Source: an uncultured Acidobacteriota bacterium (GTDB lineage Bacteria > Acidobacteriota > Thermoanaerobaculia > UBA5066 > Gp7-AA6). From it: a DNA stretch of 64,000 bases. Numbering within the stretch: position 1 is the stretch's first letter; each line of letters begins with the position of its first letter. Positions 1 through 9,652 of the stretch are shown here, piece after piece. A model generated the notes under the pieces. It was not told where the DNA came from and ran no database searches. It saw nothing but the letters and a program-made list of their open reading frames with translations. The translations under genes and the position numbers were made by a program. The DNA lies in NCBI GenBank assembly GCA_963707935.1, contig CAVPRN010000002.1:176542-240541 (forward strand), given 5' to 3'.

Positions 1-930
1 CACGCGTCGTCCGGGTTCTTCGAGAGGTTCTCGAAATCGACGACCGCGAGCGTGTCCGGCAGCGGCGCGACGAACTCGCCGGAAGCGACCGCCCGGAGGT
101 CGGCGAGGAATTCCGACGCGGTCCGATAACGCCGCTCGCGGTCCCGGGCCATGGCGCGCGAGAGGACCGCGTCGATCTCGGCGGGAACGCCGCCGGCCGC
201 GAGGGGCGCGACGTCGTCCGACAGGATCGCCGCGATCCGTTCCCCGGCCGAGGTCCCCCGAAACGCCGGCTGCCCCGCGAGCGCTTCGTAGAGGACGACG
301 CCGAGCGAGAAGAGGTCGGACCGCTCGTCGAGATGCTGGGACTTCAACTGCTCCGGCGACATGTAGCCGATGGTGCCGACGATCGCGCCGGTTTCGGTCA
401 GCGCGGCGGCGGTGGGCGCCTCGCTGTCGTTGGCGCCGTGCCCGATCAGCGCGGGCGATCCCGAAGTCGAGGAGCTTGGCGAGGCCGTCGGGCGTGACCA
501 TCACGTTCTCGGGCTTGATGTCGCGGTGGAGGACGCCGGCGGCGTGCGCGTGGTTCAGGGCTTCGAGGAGGCACCCGGCCACGGTCATGGCCTCGGCGAC
601 CGAAAGCGGTCCCCGCGCCAGCCGCGCGCGGAGGGTCTCCCCCGGGACGAACTCCATGGCCAGGAAGGCGACGCCGTCCGCCTCGCCGGCGTCGTAGAAA
701 GTCGAGATTGCCGGGTGCTGCAGGCGGGCGCTCGCCTCGGCTTCGCGCAGGAGGCGGTCGCGGAACGCAGAGGACAGCGGCTGGGCCAGGACTTTGATCG
801 CGGCGGGCCGGCCCAGGGCCAGATCGCGGCCGAGGAAGACCTCGCCCATCCCTCCGGCGCCGAGGCGTTTCTCGATGCGATAGTGAGACAGGGTCTGCCC
901 GATCAGGGGGCCTCCGATGGACGGACATTC
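1..930 (-). CDS. Ser/Thr protein kinase, partial (C-terminus lies beyond the window start)
   Basis: Minus-strand translation gives the glycine loop LGAGGMGEVF, the catalytic loop HRDIKPENVMV and DFGIA. The frame stays open to position 1. No in-frame ATG is present near the N-terminus (~918-960), so the start is uncertain. Confidence 0.8.
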
Positions 931-994
931 TCCCTCGACGGCGCCGCGGGAGGATAATCGGCGGCCAAGATCTGATTTACCAGGAGGAGAGTCT

Positions 995-1831
995 ATGAAC
1001 CGACCGATCCAGGCCGCGGCACCGCCTCGCTCCCTCCGGATCCCGAGAGCCCCTCGCTCGGTCGCGCTCGCGAGAGCGTCCGCCGCCTTGTTGCTCGCCT
1101 CGAGCCTCGCCGCGCTCGCCGGATGCGCGACCGGCAGCCAGGCCCGTAAGACGGAGGCGAGCGGCTTCCTCGGAGAATACAAGTCCCTGCTCCAGCCCGG
1201 GAAGCCCGGCGAGGAAGAGCTCCTGATCTACAAGAACCCCGACGCGAACTGGGGAAGCTACAAGAAGATCGTGCTCGAGCCGGTCACGATCTGGAGCGAC
1301 CCGAAGAAGAAGATCACGGAGGACACCCGCAAGGACCTGCAGAAGCTCGTGGACAGCTTCCAGGCGACGCTCCACCAGAAGCTCTCGGCGGACTACGAGA
1401 TGGTGGACCGGTTCGGCCCCGACGTCCTGCGCGTGCAAATCGCGCTGACGGGGGGCAAGAAGGCGATCACGATCCTGAAGGTCGCCTCGAAGGGCGTGCC
1501 GTACGGGAGCGCGCCGACCTATCTCTGGACGTTCATCACGGGGAAGCCGCCGTTCGTCGGCGAAGCCTCGATCGAGTTCATGGTCAAGGACGGCGCGACC
1601 GACAAGCTCCTCGCCGCGGGAGCCGACCGCCGTGTCGGCGCGGACACGATCGTGGCGGGAAAGACGGTCAACACGCAGTATCTGAACTCGTGGGGAGACG
1701 TGAAGTACAGCCTCGACTACTGGACCGACGAGGTCGTGTATCGGCTCTGCGTGCTGCGCGCCGGCACGAACTGCGTCGCGCCGAAGAAGGGTCTGAAGGT
1801 CCCGGTCCCGAATCCGAATCCTTCCCGCTGA
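995..1831 (+). CDS. putative lipoprotein (hypothetical)
   Basis: AGGAGGAG Shine-Dalgarno before the ATG at 995. Signal peptide with lipobox LAALAGC. Uninterrupted 278 aa ORF. Confidence 0.6.
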   Translation: MNRPIQAAAPPRSLRIPRAPRSVALARASAALLLASSLAALAGCATGSQARKTEASGFLGEYKSLLQPGKPGEEELLIYKNPDANWGSYKKIVLEPVTIWSDPKKKITEDTRKDLQKLVDSFQATLHQKLSADYEMVDRFGPDVLRVQIALTGGKKAITILKVASKGVPYGSAPTYLWTFITGKPPFVGEASIEFMVKDGATDKLLAAGADRRVGADTIVAGKTVNTQYLNSWGDVKYSLDYWTDEVVYRLCVLRAGTNCVAPKKGLKVPVPNPNPSR

Positions 1832-1941
1832 ACGACGCCGGAAAATTTCGGTCCGCCCGCCGGCCGAGCCGCCGGCGCGTCGACGCGCGCGGCGTGATAG
1901 CGTCACGCCACGATTTCGCGAAAAAAGGAGGGAGTTCTGCA

Positions 1942-2421
1942 ATGAGAGGGAGAAAGACTCTGGCGGTCGTCGTGTCAGTTCTGGCGGCTTGGGCGCTCCT
2001 GGCGCAAGGCGAGGCGAAGGCCAAGAGCGAGCACAAGGGGAGCGAGACCACTCCCCTGATCGTTCCCGCGGCGGATCTCAAGTGGGTCGACCTGTCTGCC
2101 GACACTCCGGGCGTCAAGAGCGCGGATGTCTGGGGCGACCACACCAAGGGAGCCTTCGGCGGGTTCACGAGGTTTCCGGCGGGCTTCACGGCGCCGCTTC
2201 ACACGCACACCAACGGCATGCGCATCGTGGTCATCTCGGGCACGTTCATCCACACTCCGGAGGGGAAGCCGGAATCGCGCCTCGGTCCCGGGTCGTACCT
2301 GTTTCAGCCGGGGGGCAGCTACCGCCACACGACCGCGTGCGACAAGGCCTCGGAGTGCCTCTTCTTCATCACGAGCACGGGGAAGTTCGACATCAATCCG
2401 GTCGAGCCGGGGAAGAAATAG
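1942..2421 (+). CDS. secreted cupin-domain protein
   Basis: AAGGAGGGAG Shine-Dalgarno, signal peptide and the cupin metal motif HTHTNGMRIVVISG. 159 aa. Confidence 0.7.
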   Translation: MRGRKTLAVVVSVLAAWALLAQGEAKAKSEHKGSETTPLIVPAADLKWVDLSADTPGVKSADVWGDHTKGAFGGFTRFPAGFTAPLHTHTNGMRIVVISGTFIHTPEGKPESRLGPGSYLFQPGGSYRHTTACDKASECLFFITSTGKFDINPVEPGKK

Positions 2422-2827
2422 CGGGCGCCCCTCCGGCGAGCCGTTCGAGCTCGCGCTCGAGAAAGCGCCGCTCGAGGTCGTTGGACACGAGCTCGAGCGC
2501 GCGCCGATAGGCCGAGGCCGCTTCCTCGCGGCGGCCGAGTCGGGCGAGGAGCCCGGCGCGGGCCGACGGCAGCAGGTGGTAGTCGGGGAGCTCGCCGCGG
2601 CTCTCGAGGCCGTCGAGCAGCCGCAGGCCGTCTTCCGGACCGGAGGCCTCGGCGACGGCGGCCGCGTGGTTGAGCTCGATGACGGGCGACGGATGCCGCG
2701 CGAGGAGCTCGCGGTAGAGCGCGGCGATCTGGCGCCAGTCGGTGTCTTCCGCCCGCTGCGCTTCGGCGTGGACAGCGGCGATCGCCGCCTGGAGCGCGTA
2801 GAGGCCCGGCCCGCCGTCGCGGAAATC
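2393..2827 (-). pseudogene. C-terminal remnant of an ECF-type sigma-70 family factor (COG4941-like); sigma domains 2/4 missing
   Basis: Minus-strand frame reads DFRDGGPGLYALQAAIAAVHAEAQRAEDTDWRQIAALYRELL...LERRFLERELERLAG, typical of the C-terminal domain of these sigma factors. No N-terminal half is present. The fragment sits directly behind, and in frame with, the stop codon of the upstream gene (..NEMMAR*AVDF..). Confidence 0.5.
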
Positions 2828-2833
2828 GACAGC

Positions 2834-3672
2834 TCAGCGCGCCATCATCTCGTTGACGCTCGCGTGGGGGACGATCCCCTCGAGCGACGAGTAGGTGCCC
2901 CGGGTCAGAAGCTCTCGAGTCAGCCGCTCGACGAGGCTCAACGCCGCGCGCATCGGCCCCGAGCCCAGGGATACCCGCGCCACGCCCAGGCGGGCGAGCT
3001 CGCCGACCGGAGGACTGTCGGCCCCTGCCAGGACGTTGACCGGGCAGCCGAGCCGCCGGACGATCTCCTCGATCGTGGCTGGGTCCGTCACCCCGGGCAC
3101 GAACACACAGTCCGCTCCCGCGTCCCGGTACGCCTCCCCGCGCCGGACCGCGAGATCGAGCCGTCCGTCTTCGGGGCCGATCCGGTCGAGGAACACGTCC
3201 GTTCGGGCGTTGACGACGATCGGCACGCCCGCCCGGTCCGCTTCGTCCCGCGCCGCGCGGATCTTCTCGATCTGGATCGCCAGGTCGGCGAGCGCCCCTC
3301 CGGGCCGGGCGTTTCCGTCTTCGAGGTTGATGCCGACGGCCCCCGCCTCGAGGACGCCCCGCACGGTCCGCCGCACGTCCTCGGGCGTCGGGCCGTAGCC
3401 CGCCTCGACATCGGCCGTGACCGGGACGGACACCGCAGCGCAGATCGCCGCGATCCCTTCGAGCATGCGCTCGCGCGGGATCTTCTCGCCGTCCGGATAG
3501 CCGCGGGCGAACGCGATCCCCGCGCTCGTCGTGGCGATCGCCTCCGACCCGGCCCGCTCGGCGACGTGCGCCGTCGCGGCGTCCCACGCGTTGGCGAGGA
3601 GAAGCGGTCGTCCCCTCTGGTGGAGCGCCCGAAGTCGCTCCGCTTTCTCTCGCAGTCTTTGGAAGCTACTCA
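2834..3672 (-). CDS. PEP mutase / isocitrate lyase family enzyme (2-methylisocitrate lyase / carboxyvinyl-carboxyphosphonate phosphorylmutase-like)
   Basis: 279 aa ORF with LLLANAWDAATA, TTSAGIA and VNARTD motifs of the ICL/PEPM fold. Start MSSFQRL. Confidence 0.8.
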
Positions 3673-3784
3673 TCTTCCCTACTCTCTCACTCCTCGCGGG
3701 GGCTCCCACGGTGGCACTCGGCTTGCAGGCCCAGAGCGAGGTGATGCCGCGCTTCGAGAAGGTCCGCTCCTAACCCGCGACATA

Positions 3785-5674
3785 ATGCCGGCTTCTCGAA
3801 AGGTCGTGGACATGAGCGATACTCTTCTCCGAAACCCTCGAGCGTCGCGCGAAAGCGGCCGGGGCTGCCGCGTGCTCCCGAGGCTGCTCGCGACGGCCGC
3901 CGGGGTCGTCGCCGCGGCGCGGATCGAGGCCGCGATCGCGGTTTCGCTCGAGCCGAGCCAGCCAGGCCCGGCGCCGGTCGGGACGCTGGTTCGATGGACG
4001 GCCCGGGTCTCGGGCGGATCCGCCGATCTCTGGTACCGCTTCCGCGTCCACGAGCCCGACGGCGCCGTTCGCACGATCCGCGACTTCGGGCCCGTCGACA
4101 CGCTCGACTGGACCTCGCTCGACGAGGGCCGACACGAGCTGGAGGTCACCGCGCGGGACCGGATCGGCCAGGAAGTCGAGACCGCGATGTCGAGCTTCCA
4201 GCTCGCCAGCCGGGTCGTGGGCGGCGCCCTCGTCTCTTCGACTGCACAACCCCTCGTCTTCCTGTTCAGCAGTCCCGGGTGCGGAGTCGGGCGGGCGAGG
4301 GCGCGATTCGAGTCCGCGGCGGGAGTGGTGCAGTTCACTTCCTCGAAGCCGTGCGCGGCGGGCCGGAGTCTGAACTTCTACCTCGCGGGCCTGCGGCCGA
4401 ACACGATCTATCGGGTCAACCTCGTCGTCGAGCAGGGCCGCGACGCGATGCCGAGAACCGCCGTGACGTTTGCGACAGGAGACGCCTCCTTCGCGGCGCT
4501 TCCGACGGGCGGACAGAGCTCGGCGGCGGCGGAAGGCTCGGAGAAGATCCTCCTCCAGGCGCCCCTCTTCGTGCCTCCCTTCGCCACGGACCTCGAAGGG
4601 AACCTGCTCTGGGTCGGGCCGCCGGACCTCGCCCTCCTGACGCGCCCGGAGCCCGGCGGGACCTTCTTCGGGATCGCCGACACGCGCGACGACCCGGCCC
4701 GGAGTGTCGTCCGCAGGTTCGACCTCGTCGGAACGACTCTCCAGGAAACCAACGCCGCCCGGGTGAGCGAGCAGCTGGTCGCGATGGGGAGGCGGCCGAT
4801 CACGGCGTTCCACCACGAGGCGCGGAGCATCCGCGGCGGGAGGACGGTCGTGCTCGGGACCGTCGAGCAGATCCTGACGGACGTGCAGGGCCCGGGCCCC
4901 GTGGACGTCCTCGGCGACATGATCGTGGTCCTCGACCAGGACCTGCAGGTCGTGTGGGCCTGGGACGCCTTCGATCACCTCGTCGTCTCAAGAATCGCTC
5001 TGCTCCAGGAGAAGTGCAGCAACAGCCCGGGCTGTCCCCCCTACTACCTGGCGGCCGACGCGAACGACTGGACTCACGGCAACTCGGTGGCGGAGACGCC
5101 GGACGGCGCGCTCCTCTTCTCGGTGCGCCACCAGGATTGGATCCTGAAGATCGACTATGGAAACGGCGAAGGGAGCGGCGAGGTGATCTGGCGGCTCGGC
5201 AAGGACGGAGACTTCACCTTCGACTCGGCAGACCCGCACCCGTGGTTCTCTCATCAACACGACGCTTCGTACCTGGAGGGCAGCTCCTTCCTGATCGCGC
5301 TCTTCGACAACGGCAACGCGCGCCTCGTCCAGAGCACCGAAGCCAGGAGCCGAGGACAGGTCCTCGAGCTCGACGAGGAGAATCGGGTCGCGCGCCTCGT
5401 CCTGAACGCGGACCTGGGCGTTCAGTCGCCGGCGCTCGGCTCGGCGCAGAGGCTCGCCGGGGGCTCCTTCCACTTCGAAGCGGGCCTCGTGCCCGACGCC
5501 GGGAGCGCTTCGGGCTACCAGGCGCACGCCCTCGAGGTCTCTCCCTCGGGAGACGTCTCCTCCTCGATGGTTCTCGGACAGCCCGTCTATCGCTCGTTCC
5601 GGCTGAAGGACCTGTACGGCGAGGAGGCTTCGCCGGAGCGTCCTGGGACCCGAGTCGTCGTGCGGGGGGAGTAG
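3785..5674 (+). CDS. arylsulfotransferase (ASST) family beta-propeller protein, secreted
   Basis: 629 aa ORF with an N-terminal hydrophobic segment and ASST-like motifs (WTHGNSV...DWILKIDYGNGEGSGEVIWRLG). The long upstream extension of the six-frame ORF (2126-3784) overlaps the minus-strand PEP mutase gene and is not coding. Confidence 0.65.
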   Translation: MPASRKVVDMSDTLLRNPRASRESGRGCRVLPRLLATAAGVVAAARIEAAIAVSLEPSQPGPAPVGTLVRWTARVSGGSADLWYRFRVHEPDGAVRTIRDFGPVDTLDWTSLDEGRHELEVTARDRIGQEVETAMSSFQLASRVVGGALVSSTAQPLVFLFSSPGCGVGRARARFESAAGVVQFTSSKPCAAGRSLNFYLAGLRPNTIYRVNLVVEQGRDAMPRTAVTFATGDASFAALPTGGQSSAAAEGSEKILLQAPLFVPPFATDLEGNLLWVGPPDLALLTRPEPGGTFFGIADTRDDPARSVVRRFDLVGTTLQETNAARVSEQLVAMGRRPITAFHHEARSIRGGRTVVLGTVEQILTDVQGPGPVDVLGDMIVVLDQDLQVVWAWDAFDHLVVSRIALLQEKCSNSPGCPPYYLAADANDWTHGNSVAETPDGALLFSVRHQDWILKIDYGNGEGSGEVIWRLGKDGDFTFDSADPHPWFSHQHDASYLEGSSFLIALFDNGNARLVQSTEARSRGQVLELDEENRVARLVLNADLGVQSPALGSAQRLAGGSFHFEAGLVPDAGSASGYQAHALEVSPSGDVSSSMVLGQPVYRSFRLKDLYGEEASPERPGTRVVVRGE

Positions 5675-5811
5675 ACGCCCCTCCCGGGAGCCGCGTCCGC
5701 TTTTTCGGGACGAAGCCCGCGCCGTTGTCCGACATCGTCTCCGCGCCTCGCGGCGAGTTCCTATACTGGCGCGCGCGCGGAAGCGCCGCGCGCGAAGGGA
5801 GACGAACATCC

Positions 5812-6501
5812 ATGAAGAACCGGTCCGCCGCCGCCTGGTCGCTCGTCGCCGGCGCCGCGGCGATGCTCGTCACGATGGCCGTCCACCCGACCGGCCACGA
5901 CTTCGCCGGCGGCCCCCGGCAGATGGCGCACGCGGCGCGCGTTGCGATCGGCGCCCATGCGCTCGGCCTCGTCTCGGTCCCGTTCACGCTCTTCGGGTTC
6001 CTGGGATTGAGCCGGTGGCTCGGATTCCGGCGGAACTCCGTCTCGGCCGCGTTTCTCCTCTACGCGCTCGCCTCCGTCGCGGTGATTTCGGCCGCGCTCG
6101 TCAACGGCATCGTGGCGCCGGCCCTCTTCCAGACGCTCTCCGGGGCCGAGGCGGCGGAGCAGCCCGTCTTCCACGCCCTGCTCCGCTACAACTCGCTCGT
6201 GAACCAGGCCTACGCCATCTTCCACGTCGTCGCGTCGTCGGCGGCGATCATCTTCTGGTCGTCGAGCCTGCCGAAGACCCCGGCTCCCGCGCCCGCGGCG
6301 AAGGTCCTCGGCATCGCGATCGGCGCCGTCACCGTGGTCGCGCTCCTGTCGGGGCACTTGACGCTCGACGTCCACGGATTCGGTCTGGTCGTCCTGACGC
6401 AGTCGCTCTGGATCGCGCTCGTCGCGGCGATGCTGCTGCGCGCGTCCGAGACCTCCGGAGAGGATGCTCTCGCGCGCGGCCTCCCGGCCGCGAGCACCTA
6501 G
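5812..6501 (+). CDS. hypothetical integral membrane protein
   Basis: AAGGGAG Shine-Dalgarno. 229 aa with about six predicted transmembrane helices. Confidence 0.6.
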   Translation: MKNRSAAAWSLVAGAAAMLVTMAVHPTGHDFAGGPRQMAHAARVAIGAHALGLVSVPFTLFGFLGLSRWLGFRRNSVSAAFLLYALASVAVISAALVNGIVAPALFQTLSGAEAAEQPVFHALLRYNSLVNQAYAIFHVVASSAAIIFWSSSLPKTPAPAPAAKVLGIAIGAVTVVALLSGHLTLDVHGFGLVVLTQSLWIALVAAMLLRASETSGEDALARGLPAAST

Positions 6502-7184
6502 GACGCGGCGCCCCGCAACGGCCGGCCGCGCTCGAAGACGCCGGCGACCAGCGCGAGAAGGACGTAGCCCGCGAGCGCCTGGACGGCGAACGCGTTCGGG
6601 CTCGGCGGGTCGGGCATCAACGGAGTGGCGACCGTCAGCGCGACGAGGAGAACGCCGATGGCGGCGGTCACGACGGCAAAGGCGCGGCTCCGCGGGCGCG
6701 AAGCGCGCCAGTAGAGGATCCCGCCGGCCGCGAGCGCCGCGAGCTCCGCGGCGACCGCCGGCCACCGGTGATTCCAGAGCGAGAGCCCGATCTTCGGCGA
6801 GCCGGGCGCGAATCCGAGGGGGAGGTCGGGCGTGTGCATCGGAAAGTCGAGCGCGAAGTGGGAGAAGACGGCCCCGCCGAGAACCGCCGCCGTCCACCGG
6901 CGCTCCCGAGGCGGCAGCTTTCGAGAGACCGCCAGAAACGCGAGCGCCGCGAGGGCGGACCAGAGGAGGGCGCCGGCGAGGCTGTGGGAGTAGGGCATCC
7001 GGTAGAGGTCGTAGGGGTTGTAGGCGGTGAATCCCGGCACGATCCGCATCTTCTCGATTCCGCCGAGCACGAAGATCGCGAACAGGACGTCGAGGAGCTG
7101 AACGGCCAGGAAGAGCGTCGCGAGGGAGACCCGCGGTCGGAGACGCTTCGCCGCGAGCGAGACGCCGTAGTGGCCGATGAACAT
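6498..7184 (-). CDS. membrane-bound metal-dependent hydrolase (YdjM/DUF457-like)
   Basis: Start MFIGHYGVSLAAK, characteristic of the DUF457 family. Multi-pass membrane protein. 4-nt overlap with the convergent neighbour. Confidence 0.65.
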   Translation of the reverse strand: MFIGHYGVSLAAKRLRPRVSLATLFLAVQLLDVLFAIFVLGGIEKMRIVPGFTAYNPYDLYRMPYSHSLAGALLWSALAALAFLAVSRKLPPRERRWTAAVLGGAVFSHFALDFPMHTPDLPLGFAPGSPKIGLSLWNHRWPAVAAELAALAAGGILYWRASRPRSRAFAVVTAAIGVLLVALTVATPLMPDPPSPNAFAVQALAGYVLLALVAGVFERGRPLRGAAS

Positions 7185-7270
7185 CGCGACCCCGAGAATC
7201 CCGGGATCGGGGCGGATTATTCCGGATCCCGCCGCCGTCGGGCCCGCCCGATCCGCGCTAGTCTTGTCGC

Positions 7271-7918
7271 GTGAGCCGGCGGGCGAAGGCGAGCACCCCG
7301 GAAGGCCGCTGGCCAGTGCTCGTCACGCTCGTCGGGCTCGCCGGGATCTTGCTCTCGCTTCCTCACTCGCTCGTCCTCGGACCGCGCTGGCTCTTGCCTG
7401 CGATCCTCGTGGCGCTCCTCGTCCCGGCGGTCCTGGCGCACCGGGCCGGAAACCACCGAGCCGACCGGATCCTCGGGTACCTGATCAGCGGACTCGTCAC
7501 CCTGGGCCTCATGGCCTCGCTCGCGCTCCTGATCACGACGCTGCCCTCGAAGAGCGAGACCCCGGCCTCGCTGCTCGGCTCGGCCGCCGCGCTCTGGATC
7601 ACCAACGTCCTCGTCTTCGCGATCTGGTACTGGCGTCTGGACGCGGGCGGCCCGCATGCCCGCGAGTCCCGCGGCCGCCACACGGCCGGCGCCTTCTTCT
7701 TCCCCCAGATGATGGACGGCGCGCCGATCGAGCATCCGGAGAACTGGTCGCCCCGCTTCGTGGACTACCTCTTCCTCGCCTTCAACACGAGCACGGCCTT
7801 CTCCCCGACCGACACCGCGGTCCTCTCCCGGTGGGCGAAGGTGCTCTCGATGCTTCAGGCCGTGATCTCTCTGCTGATCGTCGGGATCCTCGCCTCGCGG
7901 GCGGTGGGGCTCTTGTAG
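7271..7918 (+). CDS. DUF1345 family membrane protein
   Basis: GTG start. 215 aa hydrophobic protein with WYWRLDAGG and FNTSTAFSPTDTA motifs. Confidence 0.6.
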   Translation: MSRRAKASTPEGRWPVLVTLVGLAGILLSLPHSLVLGPRWLLPAILVALLVPAVLAHRAGNHRADRILGYLISGLVTLGLMASLALLITTLPSKSETPASLLGSAAALWITNVLVFAIWYWRLDAGGPHARESRGRHTAGAFFFPQMMDGAPIEHPENWSPRFVDYLFLAFNTSTAFSPTDTAVLSRWAKVLSMLQAVISLLIVGILASRAVGLL

Positions 7919-7920
7919 CA

Positions 7921-7951
7921 GGGGTTAGGGGTTAGGGGTTAGGGGTTAGGG
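7921..7951 (+). repeat. (GGGGTTA)4GGG telomere-like G-quadruplex tract
   Basis: Four and a half perfect tandem GGGGTTA units immediately after the stop at 7916-7918. An inverted CCCTAACCCC copy lies at 7984-7993. The tract sits between convergent genes. Confidence 0.9.
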
Positions 7952-8015
7952 AAAGAGGACAGGAGCCCGGCCTCGTCCCTGATCCCTAACCCCTCGCCCC
8001 GAGCCCCGGCCTCCG

Positions 8016-9588
8016 TCACCTTGCCAGCGTCTGATCGTAGAACCGCGCGAGGTCGGCCTTCATCTGCTGGAGGGCCGGCTCGTGCAGATAGATCATGTGT
8101 CCCGAGGGGTAGTAGCCGAAGGCGATGTTCTTCTCGAGCGACGCGTCGAGGCCCATGTGGGCGAGGGTGTACTCGGTCTCGAAGAAGGGTGTCGCGAAGT
8201 CGTAGTAGCCGTTCGCCGAAAAGATTTTCAGGTTCGGGTTGATCGACATGACGGCGCGCAGATCTTCCGCCACGTCGGGCATCGGGGCGCGTCCGCCGGC
8301 GGTCTGGTGGCGGTTGTCCCAGTCCTTGCCCGACCTCTTCGTAGTTGAACGGCTTGTAGAGATCCTCGGACTTGTAGCCGAGCGTGTCGCGGACGTAGGC
8401 GTTGAACGCCGCCGTGTACGCGCTCGCGATCGCCGTGCCCGCCGGGTCGTATTCGGGGTTCTCGCCCGCGGCGTCGCGGTCGATCCCGAGGAATCGCGCG
8501 TCGAGCCGCCCGATCGTGCGCCGCTCGCCGCGCAGGACCTCCTTCTGGTAGCGGCCTGGGTCGATCCGCAGGTTCGAATTGCGAATGAACGTCTCCGGGA
8601 GCCCCGTGTAGCGGCGCAGCTTCGCCACGATCGCGGCGCGCGTCGCCTCGTCGAGCTTTGCGCCCTGCTGGAGCGCCTGGGAGTATTCGCCCAGGGCGAA
8701 CTTTCGCACTTCGGCGAGGAAGGCCGCGAGGTCCGGCGGCTGCGGGTCGAGCTTCTTGTGGAACCAGGAGGCCGCGGCCATGGTCGGCAGATAGAGCTCG
8801 TAGGCGCGGTCGTTCGAGAAAGCGGGCCCGTTGAAGTCGTCCCAGGCGTTCAGGTACGAGGAGATCATCACCGCGCCGTTGAACGCCATCCCCTTCCCTT
8901 CGAGATGCGCGAGGAGCGCGGCGCCGCGCGTCGTGCCGTAGGACTCCCCCATCAGGAACTTCGGGGAGTTCCAGCGGCCGTTGGCGTTCATCCACCGCTC
9001 GAGGAACTGCCCGAAGGCCTCGACGTCCTGGTCGGTTCCGTAGAAGTTCTTCGGCTCCCCCTTGCCGATGATCCGCGAGAAGCCGGTCCCGACCGCGTCC
9101 ACGAAGACCAGGTCGGTCCGGTCGAGCAGGCTGTCGGAGTTCTCGACGAGACGGTAGGGGGGCGGCGGCGTGTAGCGCGCGTCGGGCGTCTCGACGCGGA
9201 GCGGCCCGAAGGAACCCATGTGGAGCCAGATGCTCGAAGAGCCGGGGCCGCCGTTGAAGCAGAACGTCACGGGGCGCTGCTTCGCGTCGGCGCCGTCGGC
9301 CGTGTAGGCGACGTAGAACATCCGCGCGATCGGCTCGTTCTTCGAGTCTTTCAGGTCGATCGTGGCGGCGGTGGTCGTGTAGGCGATCGGCTTGCCGCCG
9401 AGCGTGATCCGGCCGTGCTTGACCGCCGGCGCCGGAGCGGGGGCGGGCGTCGGCGTCGGTGTCGGCTCCTTGCCCGCCGCCGAGTCGGGCTTCGCGCTTC
9501 CCGATTCCTGCGCGAGGGCGATCGAGACCCCGAGAGACGCCGCGAAGAGGGCCGCCGCGAAGACGCGGCACCGAGCGACGAGAGTCAT
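8016..9588 (-). CDS. S10 family serine carboxypeptidase, secreted; reading frame broken by a +1 indel near 8310
   Basis: AAAGGAGA Shine-Dalgarno, signal peptide, a Pro/Thr-rich linker, then peptidase S10 motifs (FNGGPGSSS, GESYGG-like GESYGTTRG). The C-terminal 88 aa continue in another frame (ORF 8016-8282) after ..YKPFNYEEV. An extra G in a G-run explains the shift. Confidence 0.75.
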
Positions 9589-9652
9589 GCGCACGAGTCT
9601 CCTTTCGCGTTCGAAACGGCCGAGAGCCTATTACAGGGGCGGGCCCGGCCGC

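Noticed and set aside
2126-5674. 1182 aa six-frame ORF
   Set aside because: Only the last 629 aa (3785-5674) are protein-like. The upstream part is GC-driven open frame over the minus-strand PEP-mutase gene and sigma remnant.
3994-6501. 835 aa ORF
   Set aside because: Arg/Pro/Gly-rich nonsense over the ASST gene in another frame. Only the final 229 aa (5812-6501) have a real membrane-protein profile and a Shine-Dalgarno.
8290-8330. Programmed +1 frameshift in the S10 peptidase
   Set aside because: The same kind of single-base indel recurs in about 20 unrelated genes without shared slippery motifs. Sequencing or assembly error is far more likely.
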